Notes under the pieces: generated by a model
Database searches by the model: none
Told to the model about the DNA's origin: nothing
The model's input: the letters and a program-made list of their open reading frames with translations, nothing else
NCBI RefSeq assembly: GCF_000315625.1
Contig: NW_005434666.1
Location: 419,877-483,876, forward strand
Source of the DNA: Guillardia theta CCMP2712
Taxonomy: Eukaryota > Protista > Cryptophyta
Length of the DNA stretch: 64,000 bases
Direction: 5' to 3'
Made by a program: the position numbers and the translations under genes
Part shown: in pieces, positions 44,001-56,700 of the stretch
Layout of the letters: every line of letters begins with the position of its first letter
How positions within the stretch are numbered: position 1 is the stretch's first letter

Positions 44001-46555
44001 AGATTGAGAAAAATCGCATTGATGGAATCGATCCCGATTACGTCATGGAATATGTTCTGAAGATGTCACAAGAAATCCAACAAGATGCTGCAAGTGGACT
44101 GAGAAAGTTCAATGTTCGATGGAACAAAAGTGTAGTGAACCATGAAACAAAGAATGAAAACGCACGACAAGTGGACATTATTGCAAGTTTAGATGGAACT
44201 TACTGCATTTCAGAACATAGAAGAATAATCTACGGGGGCATCAAATCCAAGTATTGCGTGTTTGAGAGGGAACTATCTCAACAAGATCATTACCCTTTCA
44301 AGATGCGCTTCAAAGTCTCAGGAGATTCACATGAAGTGCATTTCATCTGCCAAGACCAGGAATCTAGAGATACGATATTCAGGACTCATCATCGATTGTC
44401 ATACACCTCCGATACCGGCTCGATGTACAGGACACCAATTCACTTGATGAAAGAGCTTTCTCTCAAACATAGTAAAGATGAGAAGCTTCAATATCATTTG
44501 GCAAGGTTACAAGAAGAAGATGGAGACTTTGAATCTTCGATCAGATCCTACTTGAACTCTTTGAGACTTGTCTCTCCTTCTTCTCTTCTCAAAGATTCCT
44601 ACTCAGATGAGTTTCAGCGCTATCACCATACTCTGCTCCAGTACATCCCAGAGCTCTCGCTTGCTATGTTATTGCCTTGGAATGGAAACTCAAGTGCCAA
44701 TAGAATGAAGTCAAAGGTTTTCTACAGACTTGGCTCGATTGAAATCAAGCGTTCAGCCCTTTCCGATTCCCCCAGCACTTTGAACGAGTTTTCCAAAAAT
44801 GTTCTGGAGGTTTCAATGCTACTAGACCGAAATTTGCTTCAGCCCAATATTCTGCTTGGAAAACATTTCATGCAGGAGAAAAAGTTTGAAACCGCCATTC
44901 AATATTTTCAGAATGTGATAAGAATCAACAAAGATATGCCGGAAGCTTACAATAACCTGGGAGTTGCGCTGGACTGTGTTGGTAGAGAGTCAGAAGCTCT
45001 GGAAGCATTCGGAAAGGCACTGAGAGACAAATCAAACTTATATGTGGCTGAGTGCAACATCATTATGATTAAGTTGCGACAAGTAATCTCGAGACAAGAG
45101 GCATCAAGTGTGAACAACCGGCTCGACCAATTGATAAACACTAAAAGCTTATCGAATTCATTCATCTTTACATTGCGAGGTTTGAGCAAACGAAAACTGA
45201 TAACTTTATTGCAAGACGATGCAGAAGCAAAGACAAAACTGACGAGTGAAATGCGAAAAGATTTCAAGACAGCTTTGAAACTAGATCCTATGAAACAGCA
45301 AGCAAGGATGGGACTGATCTTGTCTTATCTTGAAGAATTTGAGGTGCAGTCAGCCATTGAGTTGCTCGGGAGTTTTCAAGATCCATCAGGACAGCCTGGT
45401 AGCAGGAAGGAACTCATCGTGACTGCTCTCAAGCTCAAGTCTTATTTCGTGAAACCCGTCGCTACCTTTCTGCATGTGCTTCGCATGACCCCTGACATAG
45501 AAGAGACCACTCTGCTCCATCCAAGCGCAGAATTTGAAGAATTCCGGATCATAGATCAATATCTTCTCAGATATCTGCAAAACTCTGCATTTTCGGTCCA
45601 GATGACACATCATTCCTTGCAGAAATTCAAGAAGCAGATACAAATTATTGTGTATGGCTTTGAACAAGATCTTTGCGCCAAAGTGATTAAGAGCCTAGAC
45701 AAAATACTGATGATGAGTGAATGCAATGATTACTTGAAGATTCTTTGTTTGATGAAACGAACTTTGGCCCATGAAAGGGTTGGAAACCTGAGACAGGCTG
45801 CTACTGATGCGTTAATGGCCCTCGAAATGTTAGGCCTGAACCTTTCAAAGCAGCAAGACAAGCATCATTCATTTCCGACATGTCAAGGCGACCTGTCTAC
45901 CTCACTGCTATATGCGTTTCTCTGCTATACAGGAAACTTGCATGAAAGTGACAAGATACGCAACTACAAACTAGCGAAACACATATACCGAACAGCAACA
46001 ATCATTGAACCAGACAAAGTGTTGGGATATTTAAACTTAGGAAATTTATACAGGAAACGCTTGAAATTTTTACATTGCATGCAATCCTACCTTGATGCAA
46101 TGAGATGTAATGCCGCAAATGGGAGAAAAACAAACTCTGAGTTTGCTGTCCATCTGGAGCAGACTTACGAATTATGTACAAAGTACTTTGAATCTATGGT
46201 AGCCAAGATGAAGGTAAGAGAAGAACCAATCCAACAGATGATGACGTTATTTGTCATACAGGGCAATGCTGCTGAGCAAGTCATTGAATTATCATCCCTT
46301 GAAGGAGACTTGCTTCTGATTGAGCAACGAATTAATCGAATTCAAGCTCCGTCGAGAAGCGTCCGAATGAGTTTGAAACGTGCCAGTCACGTGTTGCTCC
46401 AAAATGGAGATAGTGTCCTTAAGGAGCTCCATACAAAGGGTGCTACATGCAGAGAGATCACAGAAAAATCCTTTCTATTTGAAGACTTCTATGCAGCATT
46501 CAATTCGTTCTCTGATGTCTTGGAATCGATTGTGAGTGGTAAGGGAAGCGACTGA
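41060..46555 (+). CDS. Large TPR-repeat protein (1831-aa exon; probably has extra small terminal exons to about 46770)
   Basis: Many TPR motifs (EAYNNLGVALDCVGRESEALEAFGKAL; RANLYFLQGMFQEALEDYSHCL; AEAHYERG); a GTGAGT donor just before the stop suggests splicing onward. Confidence 0.9.
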   Translation: MSEAERELETAIRLLSQKRGRVEFGDAGVARAHGILQDLSRRMLNSSAVLLALSDANIMQGKLESGLQVLEGLTGDLFSRTSSSNLFARTSSSASANVKNDLWIKIASRKRKASPDLPNLDSEDTDDLPFSAGALRRAQLVYSELVKEGFLDLRLRLYIAFIMKYLGDFTLFESLLRHPDIDDHFYFRYVADSQHCDWFDYKSRCWFQLPYLKWLTSNPQETDMNKLKIQYFSSLLSCGNTNQSKQHGESFESFVQEENLIDTFLKEINEEFTQWRVFRGHLLIRYGKLKAAYGDLEQASGSHCIGNLEFSRLLGIAHIHLRKLEIEKAQTHYESILSSSSLDVHEKYADFQMMDSEILGMSARVGRAICLRLKGKTNEQKNELTQIIARNTQLFDPSYLTLMFQMFDNNLDAAKDLLNNLHKLTDGKTYCYHYTLKPILLEHDLRDDSEIVKLKDDSMYMDRILDLVYNQSVQADNAELIWIAVLDLIVEGQFAGALNILEHMMHCESTANTSIQHVEFHFDKYQEYCKSMDNQVLKISPTNDYLDNELRAIFHLRRGRWLEKNLKMTFEAFGEYSMALELLNLSTRKNSINVKRKAFFKRFRLFLHKGNYSDAMMDLKSCIDFANILVQTTSSRNDYAKASLNRSLQKYHFNLGFVSFCVGQHEQAEMSFTISLGHDDFVSRSHAYLGLIYSKQPSKAAEAIKSLKQSLKGADELKENEREVRLALAGLLMQHTVEYKGAIQQYSQVVKSHPTDLLTRSLRANLYFLQGMFQEALEDYSHCLKLPGEGTGNNSLDLSSLRYFRGCCYQKLEKFSEAKKDFEMIHSEKKNDSDFLQSLAAVYEACGQIESSIETYSSLVEILGKRDKTEEYIRILRHRAKLCTICDQETWAIKDLSKIIAMRPKDAEAHYERGSLIKVTHLDAPTASDEPHHVQLRMAIDDFACIESGHPLYVKARIKLKAVCNALGIPTEEEFKEQLIKIEKNRIDGIDPDYVMEYVLKMSQEIQQDAASGLRKFNVRWNKSVVNHETKNENARQVDIIASLDGTYCISEHRRIIYGGIKSKYCVFERELSQQDHYPFKMRFKVSGDSHEVHFICQDQESRDTIFRTHHRLSYTSDTGSMYRTPIHLMKELSLKHSKDEKLQYHLARLQEEDGDFESSIRSYLNSLRLVSPSSLLKDSYSDEFQRYHHTLLQYIPELSLAMLLPWNGNSSANRMKSKVFYRLGSIEIKRSALSDSPSTLNEFSKNVLEVSMLLDRNLLQPNILLGKHFMQEKKFETAIQYFQNVIRINKDMPEAYNNLGVALDCVGRESEALEAFGKALRDKSNLYVAECNIIMIKLRQVISRQEASSVNNRLDQLINTKSLSNSFIFTLRGLSKRKLITLLQDDAEAKTKLTSEMRKDFKTALKLDPMKQQARMGLILSYLEEFEVQSAIELLGSFQDPSGQPGSRKELIVTALKLKSYFVKPVATFLHVLRMTPDIEETTLLHPSAEFEEFRIIDQYLLRYLQNSAFSVQMTHHSLQKFKKQIQIIVYGFEQDLCAKVIKSLDKILMMSECNDYLKILCLMKRTLAHERVGNLRQAATDALMALEMLGLNLSKQQDKHHSFPTCQGDLSTSLLYAFLCYTGNLHESDKIRNYKLAKHIYRTATIIEPDKVLGYLNLGNLYRKRLKFLHCMQSYLDAMRCNAANGRKTNSEFAVHLEQTYELCTKYFESMVAKMKVREEPIQQMMTLFVIQGNAAEQVIELSSLEGDLLLIEQRINRIQAPSRSVRMSLKRASHVLLQNGDSVLKELHTKGATCREITEKSFLFEDFYAAFNSFSDVLESIVSGKGSD

Positions 46556-46797
46556 ACAGAATATGAGGGAGACTGATCGAAATCTCAGACGATGACAAGC
46601 AGAAGCTCGACAAAGAATTAGAGGATGACGATGTCCTGAAAAACATCGAGAATGTCTTTGCAAACAAAGAGTATGCCTTCTTGTCGCAGGTCAACATATG
46701 CTGACAGATGTATTGCAGGCTCTGGAATTTTGGTCTCGAGCAAGCATAAGATGGTAATCTTGATTTGAGAGCGACAAAGTTGTCACAGTTGTGAACA

Positions 46798-49700
46798 TTA
46801 AGAGCAGGTGCAAAGCGATGAATTGAATGATGTTCCGTGTGAGCTGATCGTGTCAAAACAAATAAAGAATGAGTGAAATGCCCCCGCTTTGAGCATGCCT
46901 TTCTCAACATCCAGAGGAAGCGTCTCCATGCTCAAAGCATTCCTGGTATGCCCAATGCCCAGCTGACCGTTGCTGTTACATCCACAGCCTATGATGTCTC
47001 CCGTGCTGAGCAGAAGGAGCGTGTGCTCGCCTGCGGCCACCTGAATGACTTTGATGTCTCGGAGTTGCTGGGCAACAGATCAGAAGAGAACAAGAGAACA
47101 CAAGAGGTCACCTCGCGTGTCAGGATGGGAAGAGGAAGAGTCACTTTGACGGTTTCATTTCCGAGCCCCAGCTGACCAAGATCATTCCGTCCACATCCCA
47201 ACAGCTCTCCAGCTACAGTCAGGAAGAGACTGTGACTTGCTCCACAGACAACAGACGAGATCATCTTGAGCTTGGGTAATCGAGACAAGCTGCGGACTTC
47301 TTGAGGGGACGAGACATCAACAGTATCTCCCAAGCCAAGCTGACCGAAGTCGTTCCTGCCGAACGCGTAGACTTTGTCCTTGGAAAGGACCATAGTGTGA
47401 TTGCCCCCGCATACCACTTGTTGGATGCCAACCCTTGTCACCTTGTCGACTGGGGTTGGAATAGCCACATCAGAAGTGTTGCCTAAACCAAGCTGTCCGA
47501 AACCGTTGGCTCCAAAGCCAAGCACGTTCCTTCTTCCTTGAGCACTCACAATCGCAAAGCAATGATCATACCCACAAGACATGTGCACAACGCCTTTGAA
47601 GGAAAGCTTTTCTACCAGCATTGGCGACTTGGACTTTCCTCCGATCTTTCCGCATCCAAGTTGTCCTTTTCCATTGCTTCCCATGGACCACACACTGTTG
47701 TCCGTGCACAGAAAATACGTACTCAGACCTGCACAAAAGATTCTCTTCACAGAGAACTTCATCCCCCACATTCGCGCATCAAGAAATGTAAGTTTCTCTT
47801 GATCAACTGTATGTCCAAGCCCAAGCTGACCTTGTCGATTGTATCCAAAAGCGAAGATAGCTTGTTCGGAATCTTGAGCAAAAACCGGAGCTCCGAAAAT
47901 CTTAGTTCCATCGCCGTAAATATCTCTCCTGTTGATCACAGCAAAAGAATGATACCAACCGCACTCAAAGATGCTGACATCTAGCCCCTTCAAGAACGCA
48001 ATAGGGACAGGAACCTTTGACCCAATTGCCATCTTGTTGATTTCCAAGGATTTCCATCCCAATCCCAGCTCTCCGTGTTTGTTATAGCCCCACGACCAGA
48101 CACTCCTACTCAGACCAGACGATGCTGAGATGCATGGCATCTTTGTCAGCAGGATTGCGTGAAACGCTCCTGAGGTGATCGACATTCTCATTCCTTGCTT
48201 GCTCCACTCCGGCACCTCGGGTCGGGTGACCTTTGACGTGTGTCCCAAGCCCAACTGCCCGCTCTTGTTGAGACCAAATGCGAGCACCTCGCTGTCTTGG
48301 CACAAGACAAACGTGTGTTCATTCGTCACAATATCCAGCACGGACTTGCTTCTGAGACTTTCTACTTCTGACGGTTTTTGTATCGGTTGATCAGTCGAAA
48401 AGATGCCAAGTTGCTTGAAATCGTTGCGACCCCAGGCGAGCACTGTCCCATTGAACAAGACAACAAAATTGTGAGATGCCCCGCAGTGAATCGATCTGAT
48501 CCCTTTCTTGCTCAGCTCGTACACCTCAAACGCACGATGCACACTTTCCTCAAACGACTTGCCCAGACCAAGTTGTCCGAAATCATTCCGACCGCATGCG
48601 AAGATACTGTCATCTGCGCTTGTGAAGAGACTGTGGTTGCCTCCGGCGTGGATAGATGCGACTGAGACTCGAGAAGTTTTGTTTGCTTGCACTACAGGAA
48701 TAGTTGTCGGGCAACACACTGAGTACTTCCAGTTCTTGGGTAACTGACTGATTTCCAAGACCATCTCAGGGTCTAAGGTCAAGGCATCGAGACCGAGCTG
48801 CCCCCATTTGTTGTTGCCCCAGCCCAGAGCCGTTCCATCATCGAGGAGTGCCAGGCTGTGGTCATAACCAGCTGCAATCTGCTTCACCATGACTCTCTGC
48901 TTTAACAAACAGCGACAATATCCGGTGCTGCTCTTGCTGGAGAAATTTGTGTGTGTTGCTGACTTACTGAAGCACGACACAACCAGTGAAGTCTCTGGAG
49001 GAATCGGCAGTTTAATTCGTTTCTCCATGATTTTGGATCGAGCCTCAGCTGCACATAGTTCATCTTGGAAAAATACCAGGATACGCTTCTTGCGAGTAGA
49101 ACGTGAAGATCCAAAGAGAGAAGCATCTTTTTCAAATTCCATGTCAACAAATCCAAACAACGAAGAGAAAGTGTGCCGTAGATCAAGGTTAGAGGTGTGA
49201 TGGGGAATGTCGTCGACCAACAAGATTCGAGAAGGAGCTTCGATGTCGCTGCTGTTCCTTATCTCATCATCCGTGAGGGCCATGACGAACTGAGCAGTCG
49301 AGCACGATTCAAACGTGCCGTTTCCCAGCTGACCATTCTTGTTGTTCCCGAAGGAGATGAGCCCGGATCCATCGCTCAAGAGAAGAGTATGAAATGCACC
49401 GCAAGCGACTTGACGGATGCGAATGCTCGTCAAGTTTTCAATCGGACGCAAGGCAAAGGAATGCTCAACATGTCCTAGACCCAGTTGCCCTGACGTGTTC
49501 ATGCCCCATGCGTAAGTGCTGCATTCTTTCTTAGCGCTGCCGTATGCTCCTGTCTCAACCATTCTCACATACATACCCAGAATTTCATTTCTGCCGAACA
49601 ATGTCGTAATCTGGTCTGCATCATCCGGTAAAACCATTTTCCTTCTAGCCTTTTTCCTATACTCGACCGTAGCCCAATCGATCAGATGCTTTGCTATCGT

Positions 49701-50892
49701 TCTGGTGGGAAATTCTTTTTCATTTCGATACATCTCATCTGAAATGACTGGAGGTAGTCCTACATTCCATTTCTTCTTTGCAACAAGTATTCCGTGATAC
49801 CAACCGGATGAAACTAGGCATATTCGATTATTCAATTCAAGCTTGCTGAGAAGTTTTGGGTCAACTTGAAGAGGTGAAGAGCTTTCTTCGATTCCTGTTT
49901 GCATCAACTGACCATAGAGGTTCTGCCCTACCGATGAGATAGACTCTACTTCAGTTGATATGTACTCCTTGGGCATTTCAATTGAGCTCTCAGAAAGAAT
50001 TCGTCGGGTGACTTCGATTTGTCGTTCCTCTGAGCTGTTTGAAGGACGAAAGAATGAGATCAGCACAGTGCTTCCCGAGGTTCCGCGCAAACACTCGCGG
50101 GCTTGTCGCAAGTTCATCATCTTTGCACTAAAAATCATCAGAGTCATTCACTGCTCTTCGAAACTGTGGAGCACACCTATTCTCGTCAATCTTGCTCACA
50201 ACATCGCCTTTGAAAATCAAGTTTTCAGCTGACATATTACGAGGGTCAAGTTATGAATGAAGAAGATCAAGAAGGACCGGCGCTGCCAGTCATGATGCCT
50301 TCAACTCTGAAACCGTCCGATGTCTTTGACAAGAGAAGACCGGCAGTTGCCTGTGATACATTCTCAGCACACAAAAAGATCTGACTGATGCATCTCTTGC
50401 CGGATTCTTGCCTTGTCTTGTTCCTGGCCTGAAGTCCATTCCGAGTGACAGTGAAACACGCTCGTGGCTCATTTCATTCTCTTCCGCGGCAGTGAGATCA
50501 GCAGGAAGGCTTGAGGATGACTGGCTGAGCTCGAAAAGGGAGTCATCGAGAGAAATGGGCTGGCGGGTCTGACCATGAGCGATTTTGTCATCAAGTGCAA
50601 ATTTGGTGGTGGAAGGACTGGAAAAGTTCTTGATTAGAGTGACTTTTCGGAAGAGAGTTCCGGCCCTTTGAGAAATGAGCTCATGAGGGGTCTCATCGCG
50701 GCTCTCGTCCTCCTCGTTCTTCTCTGAGTCAGCAGCCCATTGATTGGCTTCTTCTGCCTTGTCGTCACTTGTTCCTGCAAGCTTGTTCGAGTCGGCGATG
50801 AATATTCGTTGCGTATGCCCCCACCGCGACATGTCAAGAAGCTGAGCGTTACCGCTGGATATCTGCTCTCATCGCCTTGTGCCATACTCCAT
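46798..50892 (-). CDS. RCC1-repeat protein with a PDZ-like N-terminal segment and an inserted RRM-like domain
   Basis: More than 12 RCC1 blades (AWGMNTSGQLGLG, FGNNKNGQLGNG, ACGRNDFGQLGLG). ARECLRGTSGSTVLISFFR resembles a PDZ C-terminus. RILLVDDIPHHTSNLDLRHTFSSLFGFVD...RILVFFQDELCAAEARSKI is RRM-like. 5' end approximate. Confidence 0.88.
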
Positions 50893-51086
50893 TATCGCTG
50901 CCCGACTGGTGGCGGACCTAAAGTTCTTGTGTACAGGAAAGCCGAGGCAGGCTTGCCATATCCCCGGGCACAGTACGACCCCGAATTACTGCCTCCAAGG
51001 AATCTATTAAGTATTTCCCGTTCAGCGGACAATGTCTTCTACTCAATGAAAAATTTGTCGTGAGGCGGACCGGGAAATTTTGCTTG

Positions 51087-53731
51087 ATGCGAACTATGCG
51101 GAGCCATGGCTTGGCAACCTGCATGCTAGGGCTGACCCTGGCGTTCTGCTCCTCATCGCCAACATTGAACCCTCCATCTCCACAGCCTCTCTCGTCGCTC
51201 GCGCTCAAATGCTTCTCTCTGCGGTCTGAAGTTTGCTCGACTTGCTACAAACTCAAAGGTTGTGGCAGAACGTCGAAAAACAAGTCAACGTTGATTGCTC
51301 GGGCTGGACATCACAACCTTGGAAATGAAGAGCTAACATTACATCCTCCTGTCTCTCTCAGAAGTGATAGGTGTTATATCTGAACCAATATCGAAGAAAT
51401 AACGATTCATGAAGCGAGCATGCCAAGGCAATCCTTCGAACCGAGGGCAACAGAACGTTAGACACCTTCCCGTCCATCCACTTTGCAGATAATCATGGTG
51501 CAGACTTACTCTAAGAGGGACAAACTCTACAACAGAGTCTTCGAGTGCAGATTCGTATGTCACTACGATGGGTTTTCAAAGTTTGGATGGGAATTCCTTA
51601 GGTTTGCATGCATTGCAGAGAACAAGCCTGACATTCTCGCGACTCAGGTGGGCAAACAGACTCTTGTATTAAGGTTTGTGGATCAGAAATGCTATTGGAT
51701 CAAAACCAAACTGATATCATTCGTTCGCGAACAGATATTGCAAGCTTGTGTCAAATTTGATGGTTGCGACATCTTCTCTGACACAGGTTTTGGCATCCAC
51801 GCTGTAGATTCATCAAGGTTCTTCTGATACCTGTTGTTTGTAATTCCAACCACTTCTCAGGATTTCTTGCTATAGTTGTAATATTTCTGGATGCGGTACA
51901 TACATCATGTTCTTCACTTCACTGAATTGCTATCAGGAAGTGCAGGGATAATGCTCGATGGCCGATCTCAAATGCTGTTGAAACAGGTTTTCATGCTCGC
52001 CCCCGTCACGCATGCAAGCCCTTATTGTTTGGAATAGTTTACTTGCACGAGGAACGGAGATGCAGGAATAGTGGTCAAGGGAAATTTCTGCAACGTGTCT
52101 ATTGATTCGTCAGAGTTTTGTGGTAACGAAAAGCAGGTTCACTGAATTCCCTTCTACTCAAAAATTCATACTCACCATGAAATCGATGAAGGGAATCGCC
52201 GTGGAGGGCGTTCATTCAAATGTTCAATTTAGAAATTGCAAAATTTCTCAGAACCGCATGCAAGGCTTAGCGGTACAGTAGGAACAATACAGGTGTGCTG
52301 TTGCTCACTTCGTACAGATTTCAAAGGGCAACTTATTCTGTCAGTTCTCAAACCTCACGTACAATAATCTAGCCAATGCGGCTGTTTTTGGTACGGGGTC
52401 CGTTCTTTATGCAGCAGATTGTCAGGTGTGCATTGAATGTCTGAGTGTTTGCCCACCTAGACCGCATTTCAGATCTTACTTTCGAATCGAAGTGGCGCAA
52501 CAGCTCAAGAAGGTGATCACTTCCGTCTCCTTCTCTCCTCATCTCTTTACAGGAGGAAGCATGATCCTCAAGTCTTGCAATGTCAGCGGGAACTCTGGAG
52601 CAGGTTTCTCAGCAACTCCCTTGACAACGTTCACTCCATGTAGGTGTCTTGTCAGTTCACGAGGGCTCAAGAGCTCTGGTATATTCCAGCACCCTTCTAG
52701 GTCTGTGCCGACGCGCCTGTGCGCCGCACACAATCACTGAGCCGGCAGGAAATTCCCTGGCACCCTTTGCCGAGGTCATGAGTGGAAGGGTAGAAATGGA
52801 GAGGACTTTATGCTCCAACGGCAGCGTTGCACATGCTGATAGGGCAGCCGATGCAGCGGCTGCTCAGCCATCTGATGAAAACGACAACGAAAGGTCGGGC
52901 ACTCCAACGGACAAGCGAACCTCAGGATGCTCAGCACAACTCGGGCACGTGGAAGAGATTGAAGAGGAATCGGAAGATTATGGGATTTTCCCTTTCGGAT
53001 ACCACCAAGCTGCGGTGAAGAGGTGAGGGAGTACCCCGTGTGAAAGTACTTGATACTGTCGCTTGTAGAATACAAGAGGAGGGAATCTCTTTGTCAGCAA
53101 CATCTGAAGCACTGCACGACTTGGCTGTGGAAATGGACTTGCATCGCATGAAAGCAGCATGTCCTTGCCTGTCTAAGCTCGATAAAGAACAGTCGAAATT
53201 CCAAGGTCAAATCAACAGAGACCAAAAAAGGGGTGCAGATGCGGTCAGCCTTTCTTATGTGCTACTCAAATGTGTACTGAGATACGTTGTTCTAGACTAC
53301 AAACGATGCCACTGAGCATTCCGACATTGAGGAACAGGTGAAGATCTGTGTTCTGCATTGCTGTTTGCCAAAGTAACCCTCTCCCCACCAGACCTTTTAT
53401 TTCTCTACGGCTGCCAAAGGGACTCCACCTCCAGGTCGAGAGCCGTCGAGCTGATGCGAATCTCGTCCAGGGAGCCGATGAGGAAGTTGCCCGGGGAGCA
53501 GGCAGATCTGCTACACTCGAAACCCTGTTGCAAGATGAGTATGAACCTTCCGATCAGCAAGGAACGCTGCTCACCATCCCGACGGTCCACCGCCAACCCG
53601 CTACTTTAGGCGACACGAAGGGACAAGAGCCACTAGAGGACTCGCTGCATCCGCTGGTGTCGCCAGCATCTCCCCATCCTGCGAGGTTAGACCATCTGAC
53701 TACAAGGATTTCAGATTCGAGCCTGCAATAG
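51087..53731 (+). CDS. Signal-peptide-bearing right-handed beta-helix (pectin-lyase-fold) protein, multi-exon
   Basis: Signal HGLATCMLGLTLAFCSS; repeats CTRNGDAGIVVKG, SEFCGNEKQGIAVEG, CKISQNRMQGLA, CNVSGNSGAGFSA. 3' end approximate. Confidence 0.7.
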
Positions 53732-56700
53732 GTTTCAAATCGCTTACCTGGAAATGAATCTTCTCTTATCCATCTGAAATTTGACTTTCTTTCGGTTCTC
53801 CCAGTGCTTCTAATCGCAATGATGCATGGATCTAGATTCCCGAAAGAATTGCCCGGAGCTCCGTTGCATGTGCAAAGATCAGAATTCACAATCAACTTCG
53901 GATTTGAAGAATATCCTCGACCAGGGTTTGTGATTTTCACTTGTGAAATTTCACCCAGCGGTCCTACACTAGTCACAACGGCACTGAAATCATATCCCAC
54001 AATGCATTGCCCGTCAACTCCGCAATCCGATGCATTCAAGCACGGTCGATTGTTGATTGTCGCAGATGCTGCTTTGCACTTCCCGCCTCCGACAGCACTG
54101 ATGATCAAGCCTTGTGAGCACCCACTTGTCGTTCCGCTCCTCAACAAGATTCCATCACCAAATCCAGATCCTTGACTTCCTATTGTTCCCGACACATTCC
54201 CTGTCAAACAGACACCGCTGAGACAATCAGATCTTGTGATGGCTGCTCCGCTTGTGTCAAGACGATAGAGGCGAATCTCTCCGGCAATGCCACCGTCATA
54301 AGACACAGCCAAGTGATGCCAGTTCCCGGCACCATATGAATTTCTTCCGAATGCCAACAAGGTTTCGTTTGCAGTCCGCACCTGGAACGCGATATGGTTG
54401 TTTTCATTCTTGAAGAGGCTCATGGAATAGTTTCCAGCAGGATCGTGCCATGATAGTAACGTTTGATTTCCAGAGATGCTCTCGAAGTATACCGAAACCT
54501 CCCATGTGAATGCTCGAAACGTTCTTGAGTTCATTTCTGCATATGTTGTCGTCCTCAGATATTGTGATCCATTGAATACTAGAGCGAATTTATTGTTTTT
54601 GCAAAGCACTGCAAACGTATCATTTTGCGGAGCCCAATTAGTGTACAGTGGGGCGTAGTCGTAGAAAAAGAGGAGATCATTGTTTAGCGATTTTGTAACC
54701 AAATCACTCATTCCCAATGATCCTACTTTTCGAGTGTCTATTGAATATTGTCCACCAAGACGTTTGCTAACATCAGGTATCAAAGACAAGACTTGTTGAG
54801 TATCTAAACCATCTTCAAACCTCCAGAACGCTACGACAAGGGATGTGAATGCTACTACTGGACAGATACATGATGTTCCGTCGCCTTGCCAACCAGCCAT
54901 GCAGCTTTTGCCTTGCGCACGAATCCCAACACTCATTCGTTGACGTGGGGATACTCCATATCCATTCTGATTGAAAGAAACACCTGTGAAATTCACGAAG
55001 GCTCCATCATTTCTGTTTGCCCGCGGCGAGTATGCATGTCTGAAGTATTGAGAGCTGGTATCTCTGCACCAATTTGAGCAGGATTTCCATCCAGTCTCGC
55101 AGACAGATGTTGATGTCAATCCTGACATGAAAAATCCAGTTGTGAATCCATTGGCACAAACGAGAAGCTGATACGGATTTTGTGCAAGATCGTTGTCGAC
55201 CCGAAAGAAGGTCAGATTTCCGTATACATCAGCCACGGGATACATTCCCCAATAATCTGTGGAGGCAATGACAGGCTTGCGATTTACAGCCCAAAAATAT
55301 GCATAATCCTCGCTCTCATAATTTTGGTCATCATTTTGAAGTCGGTAAAGAATTTCATTGAAGGGATAATCCCTACAATCCGATCTATATCCTGCACGTC
55401 CATATGGAAACCCAGCCACGTAGCCATATTCATTTGCGATGTCGACCTCGTTGTCATCAGTATAACACATCAACCATCCACCTCCTTCTGTGACTTGATC
55501 ACAGTATCCGATGAAAACATTACCGTTTACTGGAGATTGGATCCAGTAATAACCTGACTGTGAATATCCGCTTTCTAGTAGAGTTAAGCACGAGCTTGCT
55601 GGTGTTGAGATGTCGTTGATGACGTTGGTTGAACCATACACAAAATCCGATATGGAATAAGTACTAATTCCTGGTTCAATGCTGACGGTGAAGGGAATCT
55701 CAACTGAAACGATACGAGAAGTCCCTGAATAATAGACAATCCTTCTGGACTCGCCACTGATTGTAATCTGAAAGAACTGATAGTAGTTTTCAACAGGTAC
55801 TGCAGATACCTGAATGGCGATGGTGTAATTATCGTAAAATTGCGAAACAAAACCGCTTTCAAAATCTGCTCCATCAAAAGAATTGACCACATTTCTTCTG
55901 TAGATTTGAAACCGATGCACCACACCACCTCGAGTGTCTGAATTTGCATTAGATGAAAAGATCGTGTAGTTCATCTCCCCAAGAGGAGCTCCAGCAAACA
56001 AAACACCAGAGTCTGCAATACTGGCAGACATTCCTACAACACCACCAGCAACTGAATTGAATGGGATGTGAATTCCTCCAAACGTCCATAAGTCTTTTCG
56101 GATGACTTTGATCCTTTTTCCGTTGGAAAGATTTGCAGTTACTGAAAAGACGACTGACCTTGGAGACACATACAGAGTGTTGTTTAAGAAGTTAACATCG
56201 TTCACTTGAATTGCAGGATTTCTTCCTATCGAAAGTGTTCCACATGTGTCTGAAGGAAAAATATCAGAGGCTGTTGAAACAATTATGTATGAAGCATATG
56301 CGTCAAAGCTTTGTACCAAATATGTGTATATTTCGTGGCCAGATTTGAAATATACACCCACACCTCCCGAGCTTGGTAGATATCCTTGAACCTGGCTGAA
56401 TACAAAGTGCGAATTGCTCTGATAGGAATCGACATCGGTGAACGGAGCCCCAGACACGATTGTAGACTCTCGCTGATCTATTTGAACAGATACTCCCAAA
56501 TTTGAACCGAGGTTGCTTTCCCAAAAAGAATCCGAATTCTGAGTCAGAATTTGAGCTATCGTCCATACAGGGTATTCTCGATCTTCCACGATTCCTCTTT
56601 GTCTTTTGAAAACAAAGACTCCACCTGCATCGGTCAGGCGATTCTTCAGTCCATAGAAGGGCATGTCGTATTTCGGCACCCCAACGACTAGAAAGTGAGT

